Assembly: GCA_964016885.1 (NCBI GenBank)
Contig: OZ024751.1
Location: 30,938,001 to 31,002,000, forward strand
From: Eledone cirrhosa
Lineage: Eukaryota
Length of the DNA stretch: 64,000 nucleotides
Direction: 5' to 3'
Shown here piece after piece: positions 52,381 through 64,000 of this stretch. Each line of letters begins with the position of its first letter. Position 1 is the stretch's first letter. Below the pieces are notes generated by a model. That model was not told the origin of the DNA. It searched no databases and was given only the letters and a program-made list of their open reading frames with translations. The translations under genes and the position numbers were made by a program.

Positions 52381-52799
52381 TTGCTGCGGAGAGAGAGAGA
52401 AAGATAGACGAGTTCCGATGGCTTAGGACGGTCTTTGCTTCAACGAATTAGGAACTGTGTATATAAATAAGATCTTTTGTTTTTTTAACTATTGATAGAA
52501 TTTTACTAAATAATAATGTTTGTTATACGTCTATTGTATTGAAGTTTAAGCAAGGGGAGGGTAATCAGAGAAAACGTAGATTTATAGTTTAACTGCTTCC
52601 ATTAAACTAATCCATTGCTAAGTCATGTCACCTTAGTCGTTTAAGTGTAGAAAACACTTCAAATGTAGAGTAATCTCCCTTGTTTGCGAATTTTGTAATA
52701 ACTCAATATTTACTTAATGTAACAACTTAAAAAAAATTCTATTTAATTTATATTTTATAATGGAATGGTAATTGAAAATATAATTAATTTTGATTGAAA

Positions 52800-52931
52800 C
52801 TCACTAAATGGTGACACAAAAGGTTACCAATCAAAGTGTGATTCGTTTGGCGACCCATAACAGCTTAGATACGGTTGCCATACGGTAGACTAATATAAGC
52901 AAGTCAAACAAATGGAGGATTTATCTGTGTG
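52800..52931 (+). other. Possible upstream non-coding exon of the PWWP gene
   Basis: Unique sequence that retains CpGs, ending in a consensus donor GTG|GTGAGT at 52931/52932. The PWWP exon at 60508 starts with an acceptor, so an upstream exon must exist. The start coordinate is a guess. Confidence 0.3.
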
Positions 52932-54260
52932 GTGAGTTATGCAAATAATTTCTACTTATTTATCAAATTGTTAGCTGTTTGGATTGTAAACGGCTTGAAT
53001 TTTAGATGGCATACGTAAAATCCTTGTAGGAAAAGTAATTAGCTTAAAGAATATCGTTTGCATTTAATAGAAACTCGTACCGTTAGACACAGGTTTTTTA
53101 ACACCATAAAATGGGGAGCTTTATTAAAGAAGTTTTCTCCCCCTGAAATTGACATTTAATTTAAAATATTTACTCTCTTGTTTGTTCGTTTTTTTCCCAT
53201 AAATATACATTTATATATATTTATATTTTACCTGAAGACAGCTATATTTAATTACTGTTTGCTTATTTTATTTTATTAACGATTATTTATTAAGATTTAT
53301 AAATATTTTTTACAAAGAGAACTTATAAAGTCTCTCAGATCAACATTTCAAAAAAGAAACCGAAAACGTATATTTTTTTTTACCTCCAATTTTAGGATAA
53401 TTTTTTGTGTTTGTGTGTTAACGTAAGATGATATTCTTTTAAAAATATCCAAATATCCTTACATGATTAAAGGAGTATAGTGACACAATAATTAGATTTG
53501 GCAAATATTTGCTCTAGCTGAACGTTATAAGTGTTTCATCGTCACCGTTATAAAGCTGAAAAGGGAAAAACAAAAACACTTCTCTTCTACAGATTGCCGC
53601 CACTAACATATTTTTCTCTTCGATTTCAGCTGGCTTCATTTTAAGCTAGATCAAAATTATTTTATCAATTAATACGTTTATATTTTTAAACACATTGTTT
53701 ATTTTGATGTTCATTTGATTTATTTTTTAAGTATGTTTTTTTTTTAAAGAAAAGACTGAAAATATAAAAAATATCTGCTCCACTTTTCCTGTTCTCGGGA
53801 CACAACTGGGTTAGCGCCGTACTATATCTTTATGGTTTTATATTTATTCTTCTTATATTCTGATTTTCGGCAGAAATAAAAAGCAACATATTATTTTTCT
53901 TGATATTCTTTTCTATTTTTAATTTTTTTTCAAAATATATTTCTATTCTCTATATCGACAAACAAAAATAAAAACATTTCAAATATTTTAACTGTTATTC
54001 CTTCCTGTTAAAAGTAGATATTCGTAATTTTATTAGTCGCTTTCTCTTATCTTAGTTTGTTTCCCCTTTTTTTTTTACTACGACTCTCTTTATTTTTGTC
54101 CCCATATATATATATTGTATATAGTTATTCTTTGGCCTAACGGTAAAAGCTTAAACGCAGGGCAGAATCCTTATGGTAGTATCTACACTCTACCTTTCTT
54201 AAGTATAGAGTACTAAGTTCAATAATTATCTTACTGGATCTTAACTAGCAACACCCATGC

Positions 54261-54298
<38 letters not shown>

Positions 54299-55234
54299 GA
54301 GTCAGGGCCCGATCTAGTGATTGTAGTAACCCACAAGTGATAAAAACTCGGTGTTAAAAACAATTTTGTAGAAATAGATTTATTCATATTGCTACAGCAT
54401 GGCACGATGTTTCAGCACAGCATGTATTCGCTAAGCAATGTATTTATTTATATATTTAGCTAGCGTCTTGTCAGTTTACTTTTGTCTCTTCATATGTGGA
54501 TGCAAATATGAGCTTAGTGGTGAAAAAGTGCTCTTGGCAATATTGAGGTCTCCTCGGTCGGTACAGTTCCACCGAATGCCATCTTGGGCAAGTGTCTTTT
54601 ACCATAGCTTCGTGAGTGGAATTAGCCAGACGGAAACTGTAAATAAACCCATTTGGTGGACTAACTGTACCTGTAATTCATAAGGTACATGTGTCTGTGT
54701 AAATACTGAGACATTCTGCACGCAAATTCAATGAGTGGTAGGTCGCTAAAATAAGCGAATAACTGGGCACTCACACACACACATACCTATACCTTCTTCT
54801 TCACTCACATATTCCTGAAAGGGCCATGAGTGGAGAGGAGGGTGCCAGTCTCACGCTACAAAGAGACACTTCTAGTTGTTGGTACCAATTATACCATCCA
54901 CTGGACACTTCAAGTCCGGCCTTATACCAGTGTAGAGGTGCCATTGACTTTAAAATGCACATACGGGCATTTACTCGTGCTATAACCTAGAAATCTGTTT
55001 CATGTAAAATAATACGCGTGTGTCTGTGTATATATATATATGTGTGTATTTATTATATATGTTTGTGTGTATTTATATATATATACTTGTGTGTATGTTT
55101 ATTATATATACACAGACACGTAAGAGTGTCTTTTATAGGTTTTATTTTTATAAATACAATGTTGTGTCTATTGTATACTTATTTGTGTATAAGTACGTGT
55201 GTGTGTATACTGTTATATTTTCACAGACATTAAA

Positions 55235-55550
55235 TTCACGAGTCAAAGAGTGTTGGATTTACGATCATAATGTCGTGGGTTCGATTCCTAGACTGGGTTG
55301 TGTGTTGTGTTCTTGAGCAAGACACTTCATTTCATGTTGCTTCAGTTTACTCAGCTGAAAATGAGTATCAGCAATAGCTGGGAGTTTAACCCTGTGATCG
55401 ATTGGTGTCCTAACCAGAGGAGGGTGGGGCGGTCTTGTACGCTCAGTCACTTCACGCCATGGAAACCGGAATGTACATCGACCTGATGAGCCCCCGGGCT
55501 CGAGACAGACTTTAGATTTTTTTACATAGCTGCTCCTTTTAGCAGGCAAT
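55235..55550 (+). mobile_element. CORE-type tRNA SINE, partial copy at 57457-57575
   Basis: GGTTCGATTCC B-box followed by TGTGTTCTTGAGCAAGACACTT..ACTCAGCTG.AAATGAG. Confidence 0.75.
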
Positions 55551-55884
55551 CTTTCCCCTAAACAATAGCTTTGTTGCGATGATCAACCTGTTCTTTTCTT
55601 GTTTCCCTTGAAACACCAAGCTACACAGATCACCCATTCGTTCCTCTACATAACCCACACACATGGCTCTATTTTACATTAAAACAATTCAATCTAAGTT
55701 AGGTTGTTTTTTTTATTATTTTTTTAATTTTTTATATACTTTATAGATGAAACCAGTCAAATTCTAGTTATTTGGTGTTGCTCTCTGCGCCCCTCCATTC
55801 TTCCTGTTTTTTCAGGCCTGTCTTTTATATTTTATGTCTCTGTCTCCCCAATTATTCCATCACCATGGTACTTTCCTTCTTCCT

Positions 55885-56110
55885 GAGACCTACCATCAAC
55901 CACAGGTTGTTTTGTATATATAGACCCTTATTGAGGACCTACTATCAACCACAGGTTGTTCTGTATATATAGACCCTTATTGAGGACCTACCATCAACCA
56001 CAGGCTGTTTTGTATATATAAACCCTTATTGAGGACCTACCATCAACCACGGGTTGTTTTGTATACATAGTGCCTTATTGAAGACCTACCATCAACCACA
56101 GGTTGTTTTG
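55885..56110. repeat. 49-bp tandem repeat, about 4.5 copies
   Basis: Unit gaggacctaccatcaaccacaggttgttttgtatatatagacccttatt. Confidence 0.9.
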
Positions 56111-56139
56111 TTATTAGGTTTGAAACAAAGTCCCCTTAC

Positions 56140-57152
56140 TGGGGGCCTAGCATCAACCCCAGATAGTCCAACACTTGCTGTGGACCTAGCACCAACCCCA
56201 GATAGCCCAACACTTGCTGTGGACCTAGCACCAACTCCAGATAGCCCAACACTTGCTGTGGACCTAGCATCAACCCCAGATAGCCCAACACTTGCTGTGG
56301 ACCTAGCACCAACCCCAGATAGCCCAACACTTGCTGTGGACCTAGCACCAACCCCAGATAGTCCAACACTTGCTGTGAACCTAGCACCAACCCCAGATAG
56401 TCCAACACTTGCTGTGGACCTAGCACCAACCCCAGATAGTCCAACACTTGCTGTGGACCTAGCATCAACCCCAGATAGCCCAACACTTGCTGTGGACCTA
56501 GCACCAACCCCAGATAGCCCAACACTTGCTGTGGACCTAGCACCAACCCCAGATAGTCCAACACTTGCTGTGGACCTAGCACCAACCCCAGATAGTCCAA
56601 TACTTGCTGTGGACCTAGCACCAACCCCAGATAGCCCAACACTTGCTGTGGACCTAGCACCAACCCCAGATAGCCCAACACTTGCTGTGGACCTAGCACC
56701 AACCCCAGATAGCCCAACACTTGCTGTGGACCTAGCACCAACCCCAGATAGTCCAACACTTGCTGTGGACCTAGCACCAACCCCAGATAGTCCAACACTT
56801 GCTGTGGACCTATCACCAACCCCAGATAGCCCAACACTTGCTGTGGACCTAGCACCAACCCCAGATAGCCCAACACTTGCTGTGGACCTAGCACCAACCC
56901 CAGATAGTCCAACGCTTGCTGTGGAGCTAGCACCAACCCCAGATAGTCCAATGCTTGCTGTGGACCTAGCACCAACCCCAGATAGTCCAACGCTTGCTGT
57001 GGACCTAGCACCAACCCCAGATAGTCCAACACTTGCTGTGGACCTAGCACCAACCCCAGATAGTCCAACACTTGCTGTGGACCTAGCACCAACCCCAGAT
57101 AGTCCAACACTTGCTGTGGACCTAGCACCAACCCCAGATAGTCCAACGCTTG
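56140..57152. repeat. 39-bp minisatellite, about 26 copies
   Basis: Unit gacctagcaccaaccccagatag(t/c)ccaacacttgctgtg. Confidence 0.97.
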
Positions 57153-57423
57153 CTAGCAGGAATAACAGATATGATTTATTTCATCTTTTTCCATTTTCAC
57201 AAAACTGCACTATTATTCTGAGAGCCTTATTTGTCCTTCTAGAGGGGTCAGGGCCATTCTTTCTACTGACCAAATTCCAGTCCTACCTAAGGTTGGATAA
57301 ACTCTAAGGATTCTTTTACATTTTAGCACCATTATTGCATGAATGTAATTATATAATCTGGTGGTGGTTGCAGAATTGTTGCCATTTTAATCATATATAT
57401 GCACACTCTCTCTCACACACACC

Positions 57424-57456
<33 letters not shown>

Positions 57457-57853
57457 GGCCTTGCAATCGAAAGGTGGTGAGTTCAATTCTCAGACCGGAT
57501 GATGTGTTGATTCCTTGAGCAAGACACGTTATTTCACATTGCTCCAGTTTACTCAGCTGTAGAAATGAGATGATAGGGATTGGGGTCCCTATCATTCCAC
57601 TGCAAAGTGGTCGTGGAGGTGCCACGGCAAAAAAGCACCCAGCCCACACTGTAAAGTGGATGTGTAGGCACCACGGAAAAAAGCACCCAGCACTCACTGT
57701 AAATGAGGTTGGTGTTAGGAAGGGCATGCAGCTGTAGAAATCAAGCCAGAATCAGTTCCCGTCCCACCCTTGCAAGCAGGGAAAAGCGGACGTAAAATGA
57801 AATGAATGAATGAAATAGAATAATCCTGTTTTCTTTTTTCAAAGAATTTTTTT

Positions 57854-60322
57854 CATTTCTGTCACTGCTCAATCTCCTCTATCTTTCCATTTCTGTCACT
57901 GCTCAATCTCCTCTATCTTTCCATTTCTGCCACTGCTCAATCTCCTCTATCTTTCCATTTCTGTCACTGCTCAATCTCCTCTATCTTTCCATTTCTGCCA
58001 CTGCTCAATCTCCTCTATCTTTCCATTTCTGCCACTGCTCAATCTCCTCTATCTTTCCATTTCTGTCACTGCTCAATCTCCTCTATCTTTCCATTTCTGC
58101 CACTGCTCAATCTCCTCTATCTTTCCATTTCTGTCACTGCTCAATCTCCTCTATCTTTCCATTTCTGCCACTGCTCAATCTCCTCTATCTTTCCATTTCT
58201 GCCACTGCTCAATCTCCTCTATCTTTCCATTTCTGTAACTGCTCAATCTCCTCTATCTTTCCATTTCTGCCACTGCTCAATCTCCTCTATCTTTCCATTT
58301 CTGTCACTGCTCAATCTCCTCTATCTTTCCATTTCTGTCACTGCTCAATCTCCTCTATCTTTCCATTTCTGCCACTGCTCAATCTCCTCTATCTTTCCAT
58401 TTCTGCCACTGCTCAATCTCCTCTATCTTTCCATTTCTACCACTGCTCAATCTCCTCTATCTTTCCATTTCTGCCACTGCTCAATCTCCTCTATCTTTCC
58501 ATTTCTGTCACTGCTCAATCTCCTCTATCTTTCCATTTCTGCCACTGCTCAATCTCCTCTATCTTTCCATTTCTGTCACTGCTCAATCTCCTCTATCTTT
58601 CCATTTCTGTCACTGCTCAATCTCCTCTATCTTTCCATTTCTGTCACTGCTCAATCTCCTCTATCTTTCCATTTCTGTCACTGCTCAATCTCCTCTATCT
58701 TTCCATTTCTGCCACTGCTCAATCTCCTCTATCTTTCCATTTCTGTCACTGCTCAATCTCCTCTATCTTTCCATTTCTGCCACTGCTCAATCTCCTCTAT
58801 CTTTCCATTTCTGTCACTGCTCAATCTCCTCTATCTTTCCATTTCTGCCACTGCTCAATCTCCTCTATCTTTCCATTTCTGTCACTGCTCAATCTCCTCT
58901 ATCTTTCCATTTCTGTCACTGCTCAATCTCCTCTATCTTTCCATTTCTGCCACTGCTCAATCTCCTCTATCTTTCCATTTCTGTCACTGCTCAATCTCCT
59001 CTATCTTTCCATTTCTGCCACTGCTCAATCTCCTCTATCTTTCCATTTCTGTCACTGCTCAATCTCCTCTATCTTTCCATTTCTGCCACTGCTCAATCTC
59101 CTCTATCTTTCCATTTCTGTCACTGCTCAATCTCCTCTATCTTTCCATTTCTGCCACTGCTCAATCTCCTCTATCTTTCCATTTCTGCCACTGCTCAATC
59201 TCCTCTATCTTTCCATTTCTGTCACTGCTCAATCTCCTCTATCTTTCCATTTCTGCCACTGCTCAATCTCCTCTATCTTTCCATTTCTGTCACTGCTCAA
59301 TCTCCTCTATCTTTCCATTTCTGCCACTGCTCAATCTCCTCTATCTTTCCATTTCTGTCACTGCTCAATCTCCTCTATCTTTCCATTTCTGCCACTGCTC
59401 AATCTCCTCTATCTTTCCATTTCTGTCACTGCTCAATCTCCTCTATCTTTCCATTTCTGTCACTGCTCAATCTCCTCTATCTTTCCATTTCTGCCACTGC
59501 TCAATCTCCTCTATCTTTCCATTTCTGTCACTGCTCAATCTCCTCTATCTTTCCATTTCTGCCACTGCTCAATCTCCTCTATCTTTCCATTTCTGTCACT
59601 GCTCAATCTCCTCTATCTTTCCATTTCTGTCACTGCTCAATCTCCTCTATCTTTCCATTTCTGTCACTGCTCAATCTCCTCTATCTTTCCATTTCTGTCA
59701 CTGCTCAATCTCCTCTATCTTTCCATTTCTGTCACTGCTCAATCTCCTCTATCTTTCCATTTCTGCCACTGCTCAATCTCCTCTATCTTTCCATTTCTGT
59801 CACTGCTCAATCTCCTCTATCTTTCCATTTCTGTCACTGCTCAATCTCCTCTATCTTTCCATTTCTGCCACTGCTCAATCTCCTCTATCTTTCCATTTCT
59901 GTCACTGCTCAATCTCCTCTATCTTTCCATTTCTGTCACTGCTCAATCTCCTCTATCTTTCCATTTCTGTCACTGCTCAATCTCCTCTATCTTTCCATTT
60001 CTGTCACTGCTCAATCTCCTCTATCTTTCCATTTCTGCCACTGCTCAATCTCCTCTATCTTTCCATTTCTGTCACTGCTCAATCTCCTCTATCTTTCCAT
60101 TTCTGCCACTGCTCAATCTCCTCTATCTTTCCATTTCTGTCACTGCTCAATCTCCTCTATCTTTCCATTTCTGCCACTGCTCAATCTCCTCTATCTTTCC
60201 ATTTCTGTCACTGCTCAATCTCCTCTATCTTTCCATTTCTGTCACTGCTCAATCTCCTCTATCTTTCCATTTCTGTCACTGCTCAATCTCCTCTATCTTT
60301 CCATTTCTGCCACTGCTCAATC
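57854..60322. repeat. 34-bp satellite, about 72 copies
   Basis: Unit ccatttctg(t/c)cactgctcaatctcctctatcttt. Confidence 0.98.
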
Positions 60323-60530
60323 TATTTTCTGGTGATAAACTAGTGTCCAAAACGTTAAGGCTCTTGTCCTACTATATAAAGCATAAAACTAATATTTTTT
60401 TTCATTGTACTGTGTTGTTGGCTTTGTTATTTCTGTTTGCCTTTTGCATATATATATATGGTATAACTATATATATATTAGTGTTGATTGTATTTTCTCT
60501 ATTTTAGAAACTTGCAAAACCTGAAGAAGA

Positions 60531-60608
60531 ATGTGTGCTGCTGTGACTTACTCTCCGGGTGATGTTGTTTGGGCCAAAGTCCCACGCTACCCGTGGTGGC
60601 CTGCTGAG
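60531..60608 (+). CDS. First coding exon of a PWWP-domain protein
   Basis: Acceptor tattttctctattttag at 60507, in-frame TGA before the ATG. Encodes MCAAVTYSPGDVVWAKVPRYPWWPAE, the canonical GDxVWAK..YPWWP motif. Donor GAG|GTATGT, phase 0. Confidence 0.9.
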
Positions 60609-60829
60609 GTATGTTATGCTTGATAACCTGTTTCCATTAATGATGCATAATAAGACTGGGGCACCCTCTCTTTAAAACACAAGAAATTTGTTTTAAGATG
60701 CTGGCTAACCTTACACAAGTATGGCTGTAATCAACAACATCATTAACTACAGAATGATGCATGTTTTCCTTTTTTGTTTGTTGAGATAAGAAGTATTGTG
60801 GTAGTTAATCTAAAAAAAGTTGAAACACT

Positions 60830-63095
60830 CTTACTAGTAAAGTTTAGTCATGTGAAGATGTGTACCTTACTAGTAAAGTTTAGACATGTGAAGATGTGTA
60901 CCTTACTAGTAAAGTTTAGTCATGTGAAGATGTGTACCTTACTAGTAAAGTTTAGACATGTGAAGATGTGTACCTTACTAGTAAAGTTTAGACATGTGAA
61001 GATGTGTACCTTACTAGTAAAGTTTAGACATGTGAAGATGTGTACCTTACTAGTAAAGTTTAGTCATGTGAAGATGTGTACCTTACTAGTAAAGTTTAGT
61101 CATGTGAAGATGTGTACCTTACTAGTAAAGTTTAGACATGTGAAGATGTGAACCTTACTAGTAAAGTTTAGTCATGTGAAGATGTGTACCTTACTGGTGC
61201 AGTTTAGTCATGTGAAGATGTGTACCTTACTAGTAAAGTTTAGACATGTGAAGATGTGTACCTTACTAGTAAAGTTTAGACATGTGAAGATGTGAACCTT
61301 ACTAGTAAAGTTTAGTCATGTGAAGATGTGTACCTTACTAGTAAAGTTTAGACATGTGAAGATGTGTACCTTACTGGTGCAGTTTAGTCATGTGAAGATG
61401 TGTACCTTACTGGTGCAGTTTAGTCATGTGAAGATGTGTACCTTACTGGTGCAGTTTAGTCATGTGAAGATGTGTACCTTACTAGTAAAGTTTAGACATG
61501 TGAAGATGTGTACCTTACTAGTAAAGTTTAGACATGTGAAGATGTGAACCTTACTAGTAAAGTTTAGTCATGTGAAGATGTGTACCTTACTAGTAAAGTT
61601 TAGACATGTGAAGATGTGTACCTTACTAGTAAAGTTTAGTCATGTGAAGATGTGTACCTTACTAGTAAAGTTTAGTCATGTGAAGATGTGTACCTTACTA
61701 GTAAAGTTTAGACATGTGAAGATGTGTACCTTACTGGTGCAGTTTAGAAATGTGAAGATGTGTACCTTACTAGTAAAGTTTAGACATGTGAAGATGTGTA
61801 CCTTACTAGTAAAGTTTAGACATGTGAAGATGTGTACCTTACTGGTGCAGTTTAGTCATGTGAAGATGTGTACCTTACTAGTAAAGTTTAGTCATGTGAA
61901 GATGTGTACCTTACTAGTAAAGTTTAGACATGTGAAGATGTGTACCTTACTGGTGCAGTTTAGAAATGTGAAGATGTGTACCTTACTAGTAAAGTTTAGA
62001 CATGTGAAGATGTGTACCTTACTAGTAAAGTTTAGACATGTGAAGATGTGTACCTTACTAGTAAAGTTTAGACATGTGAAAATGTGTACCTTACTAGTAA
62101 AGTTTAGTCATGTGAAGATGTGTACCTTACTAGTAAAGTTTAGTCATGTGAAGATGTGTACCTTACTAGTAAAGTTTAGTCATGTGAAGATGTGTACCTT
62201 ACTAGTAAAGTTTAGACATGTGAAGATGTGTACCTTACTGGTGCAGTTTAGAAATGTGAAGATGTGTACCTTACTAGTAAAGTTTAGACATGTGAAGATG
62301 TGTACCTTACTAGTAAAGTTTAGACATGTGAAGATGTGTACCTTACTGGTGCAGTTTAGTCATGTGAAGATGTGTACCTTACTAGTAAAGTTTAGTCATG
62401 TGAAGATGTGTACCTTACTGGTGCAGTTTAGTCATGTGAAGATGTGTACCTTACTGGTGCAGTTTAGTCATGTGAAGATGTGTACCTTACTGGTGCAGTT
62501 TAGATATGTGAAGATGTGTACCTTACTGGTGCAGTTTAGATATGTGAAGATGTGTACCTTACTGGTGCAGTTTAGACATGTGAAGATGTGTACCTTACTA
62601 GTAAAGTTTAGTCATGTGAAGATGTGTACCTTACTGGTGCAGTTTAGATATGTGAAGATGTGTACCTTACTGGTGCAGTTTAGATATGTGAAGATGTGTA
62701 CCTTACTGGTGCAGTTTAGACATGTGAAGATGTGTACCTTACTAGTAAAGTTTAGTCATGTGAAGATGTGTACCTTACTGGTGCAGTTTAGATATGTGAA
62801 GATGTGTACCTTACTGGTGCAGTTTAGATATGTGAAGATGTGTACCTTACTGGTGCAGTTTAGACATGTGAAGATGTGTACCTTACTGGTGCAGTTTAGT
62901 CATGTGAAGATGTGTACCTTACTAGTAAAGTTTAGTCATGTGAAGATGTGTACCTTACTGGTGCAGTTTAGATATGTGAAGATGTGTACCTTACTGGTGC
63001 AGTTTAGATATGTGAAGATGTGTACCTTACTGGTGCAGTTTAGAAATGTGAAGATGTGTACCTTACTGGTGCAGTTTAGATATGTGAAGGTGTGT
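60830..63095. repeat. 30-bp satellite, about 75 copies, in a PWWP-gene intron
   Basis: Unit tgtgaagatgtgtaccttact(agtaa/ggtgc)agtttag(tca/aca/ata/aaa). Confidence 0.98.
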
Positions 63096-63224
63096 ACATT
63101 ATCAACACTAAAGAGATTGTCATACCAGCATTAACAAAACAATCAACATGACAATAATGATGACAACAAAGAAACACAGACACACATACAGCTTCCATTT
63201 TAATATAGTTACCATTTCTTGATG

Positions 63225-63438
63225 TACCGTATATACTGGAATACAAGCTGAGGAATATGTAACCAAAAATTTCATGGTAAAAGGGGCATCGGCTTATATT
63301 TGGGGTCAATATTTTGATGATTTTTCACTAATTTTAAATTCTATATAAATAAGGTTTGGATTTTTGCCCATTTCTCAGGCATAAAATGGTGGAGTCATAT
63401 TATGTTTGTATCAGCTTATATTCGAGTATATACGGTAT
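63225..63438. mobile_element. Tc1/pogo-type MITE
   Basis: TIRs TACCGTATATACT.GAATA.AAGC / GCTTATATTCGAGTATATACGGTA. Related pieces near 1105-1190 and 22478-22556. Confidence 0.8.
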
Positions 63439-63489
63439 ATAGAAATCTATTCCATTATGTGATGTGTGAACTATTTTTCATTTAAATAG

Positions 63490-63575
63490 GTTGTTGCCCA
63501 GGAAGATTGTAAGATTGTTGACCATGGGAAAAAAAGTCCCATAGCTTACATCACATTTCCCTGTGAAGATGCTTA
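63490..63575 (+). CDS. Second coding exon of the PWWP-domain protein; gene continues beyond the window
   Basis: Acceptor tttaaatag|GTT in phase 0, open frame VVAQEDCKIVDHGKKSPIAYITFPCEDA, donor TA|GTAAGT. Continues the PWWP pattern (PAEVV...Y-x-x-F). Confidence 0.85.
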
Positions 63576-64000
63576 GTAAGTATTTTATTTTATTACTTTA
63601 AATATTTGTTAACTTTACAAGAAAATAACTTCTACATCTCTGCTATTTTCTTAATAGAATGCCTTGCTTGATTGAATTCTCAATTTTATGAATGATTCTG
63701 CCATTTATATCACTCACTGACAAACCATATGCTATTGTAAATAACAATGTCCGTTCAATTATACATTATTTAATGATTAGGACAAAATACTAGCATTTGT
63801 TTTGGCTCTCTGTGTTCTGAGTTCAAATCCTGGTGAGGCCAACTTTGCCTTTCATCTTTTCAGGGTCGATAAAATAAAGTACCAGTCCAGGATGGTGGCT
63901 TGTTGGAGTTCTTAGTGTGTCAGATGGAATGCCTTGTAGTATTTGTTCTGGTCCTTTACATTCTCTGGCATACTTGGGTGGTAAACAGAATCTATTACCC

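Noticed and set aside
56054-57307. 417-aa ORF with PTPDSPTLAVDLA repeats, mucin- or CTD-like
   Set aside because: A 39-bp minisatellite that is open on both strands, with no convincing splice signals. Coding use cannot be fully excluded without RNA data.
57854-63095. CRISPR-like regular arrays
   Set aside because: Head-to-tail units with no unique spacers, no cas genes, and a eukaryotic context.
60830-63095. Array of p53 half-site-like AGACATGTGA motifs
   Set aside because: Single imperfect half-sites at least 30 bp apart, never paired; a by-product of the satellite unit.
61572-63134. 520-aa ORF (KMCTLLVKFRHV repeats)
   Set aside because: Translation of a 30-bp satellite lying in an intron; other units of the same array contain stops.

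Overview
AT-rich, repeat-dense eukaryotic DNA. The repeat complement (RTE LINEs with (GAT)n tails, Meta/CORE-type tRNA SINEs, long (TA)n tracts, minisatellites) looks like a cephalopod, probably octopod, genome; this is inference. Two spliced host genes point away from each other. On the minus strand, a two-exon gene (17909-17686 joined to 6175-6004, phase-2 GT-AG intron) encodes a 131-aa protein with a BAD/PUMA-like BH3 motif (ALGRELRRLADRF) and a C-terminal hydrophobic tail, i.e. a candidate BH3-only apoptosis initiator. Its intron carries candidate p53, FoxO, E2F and CRE sites. On the plus strand, the first two coding exons of a PWWP-domain gene lie at 60531-60608 and 63490-63575. The rest is mostly decayed mobile DNA: several RTE LINE families inserted in (TA)n tracts, a CR1 fragment, three CRE-clade RLE retrotransposon remnants, two Tc1/mariner fragments, piggyBac- and mariner-type MITEs, and Penelope-like remnants with six complete or near-complete type I hammerhead folds plus truncated and decayed copies, several inside fold-back structures. 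A ~0.5-kb inverted duplication brackets 39.1-47.0 kb, and four satellite arrays (49, 39, 34 and 30 bp units) fill much of 56-63 kb. Most long ORFs in the supplied track are repeat artefacts.
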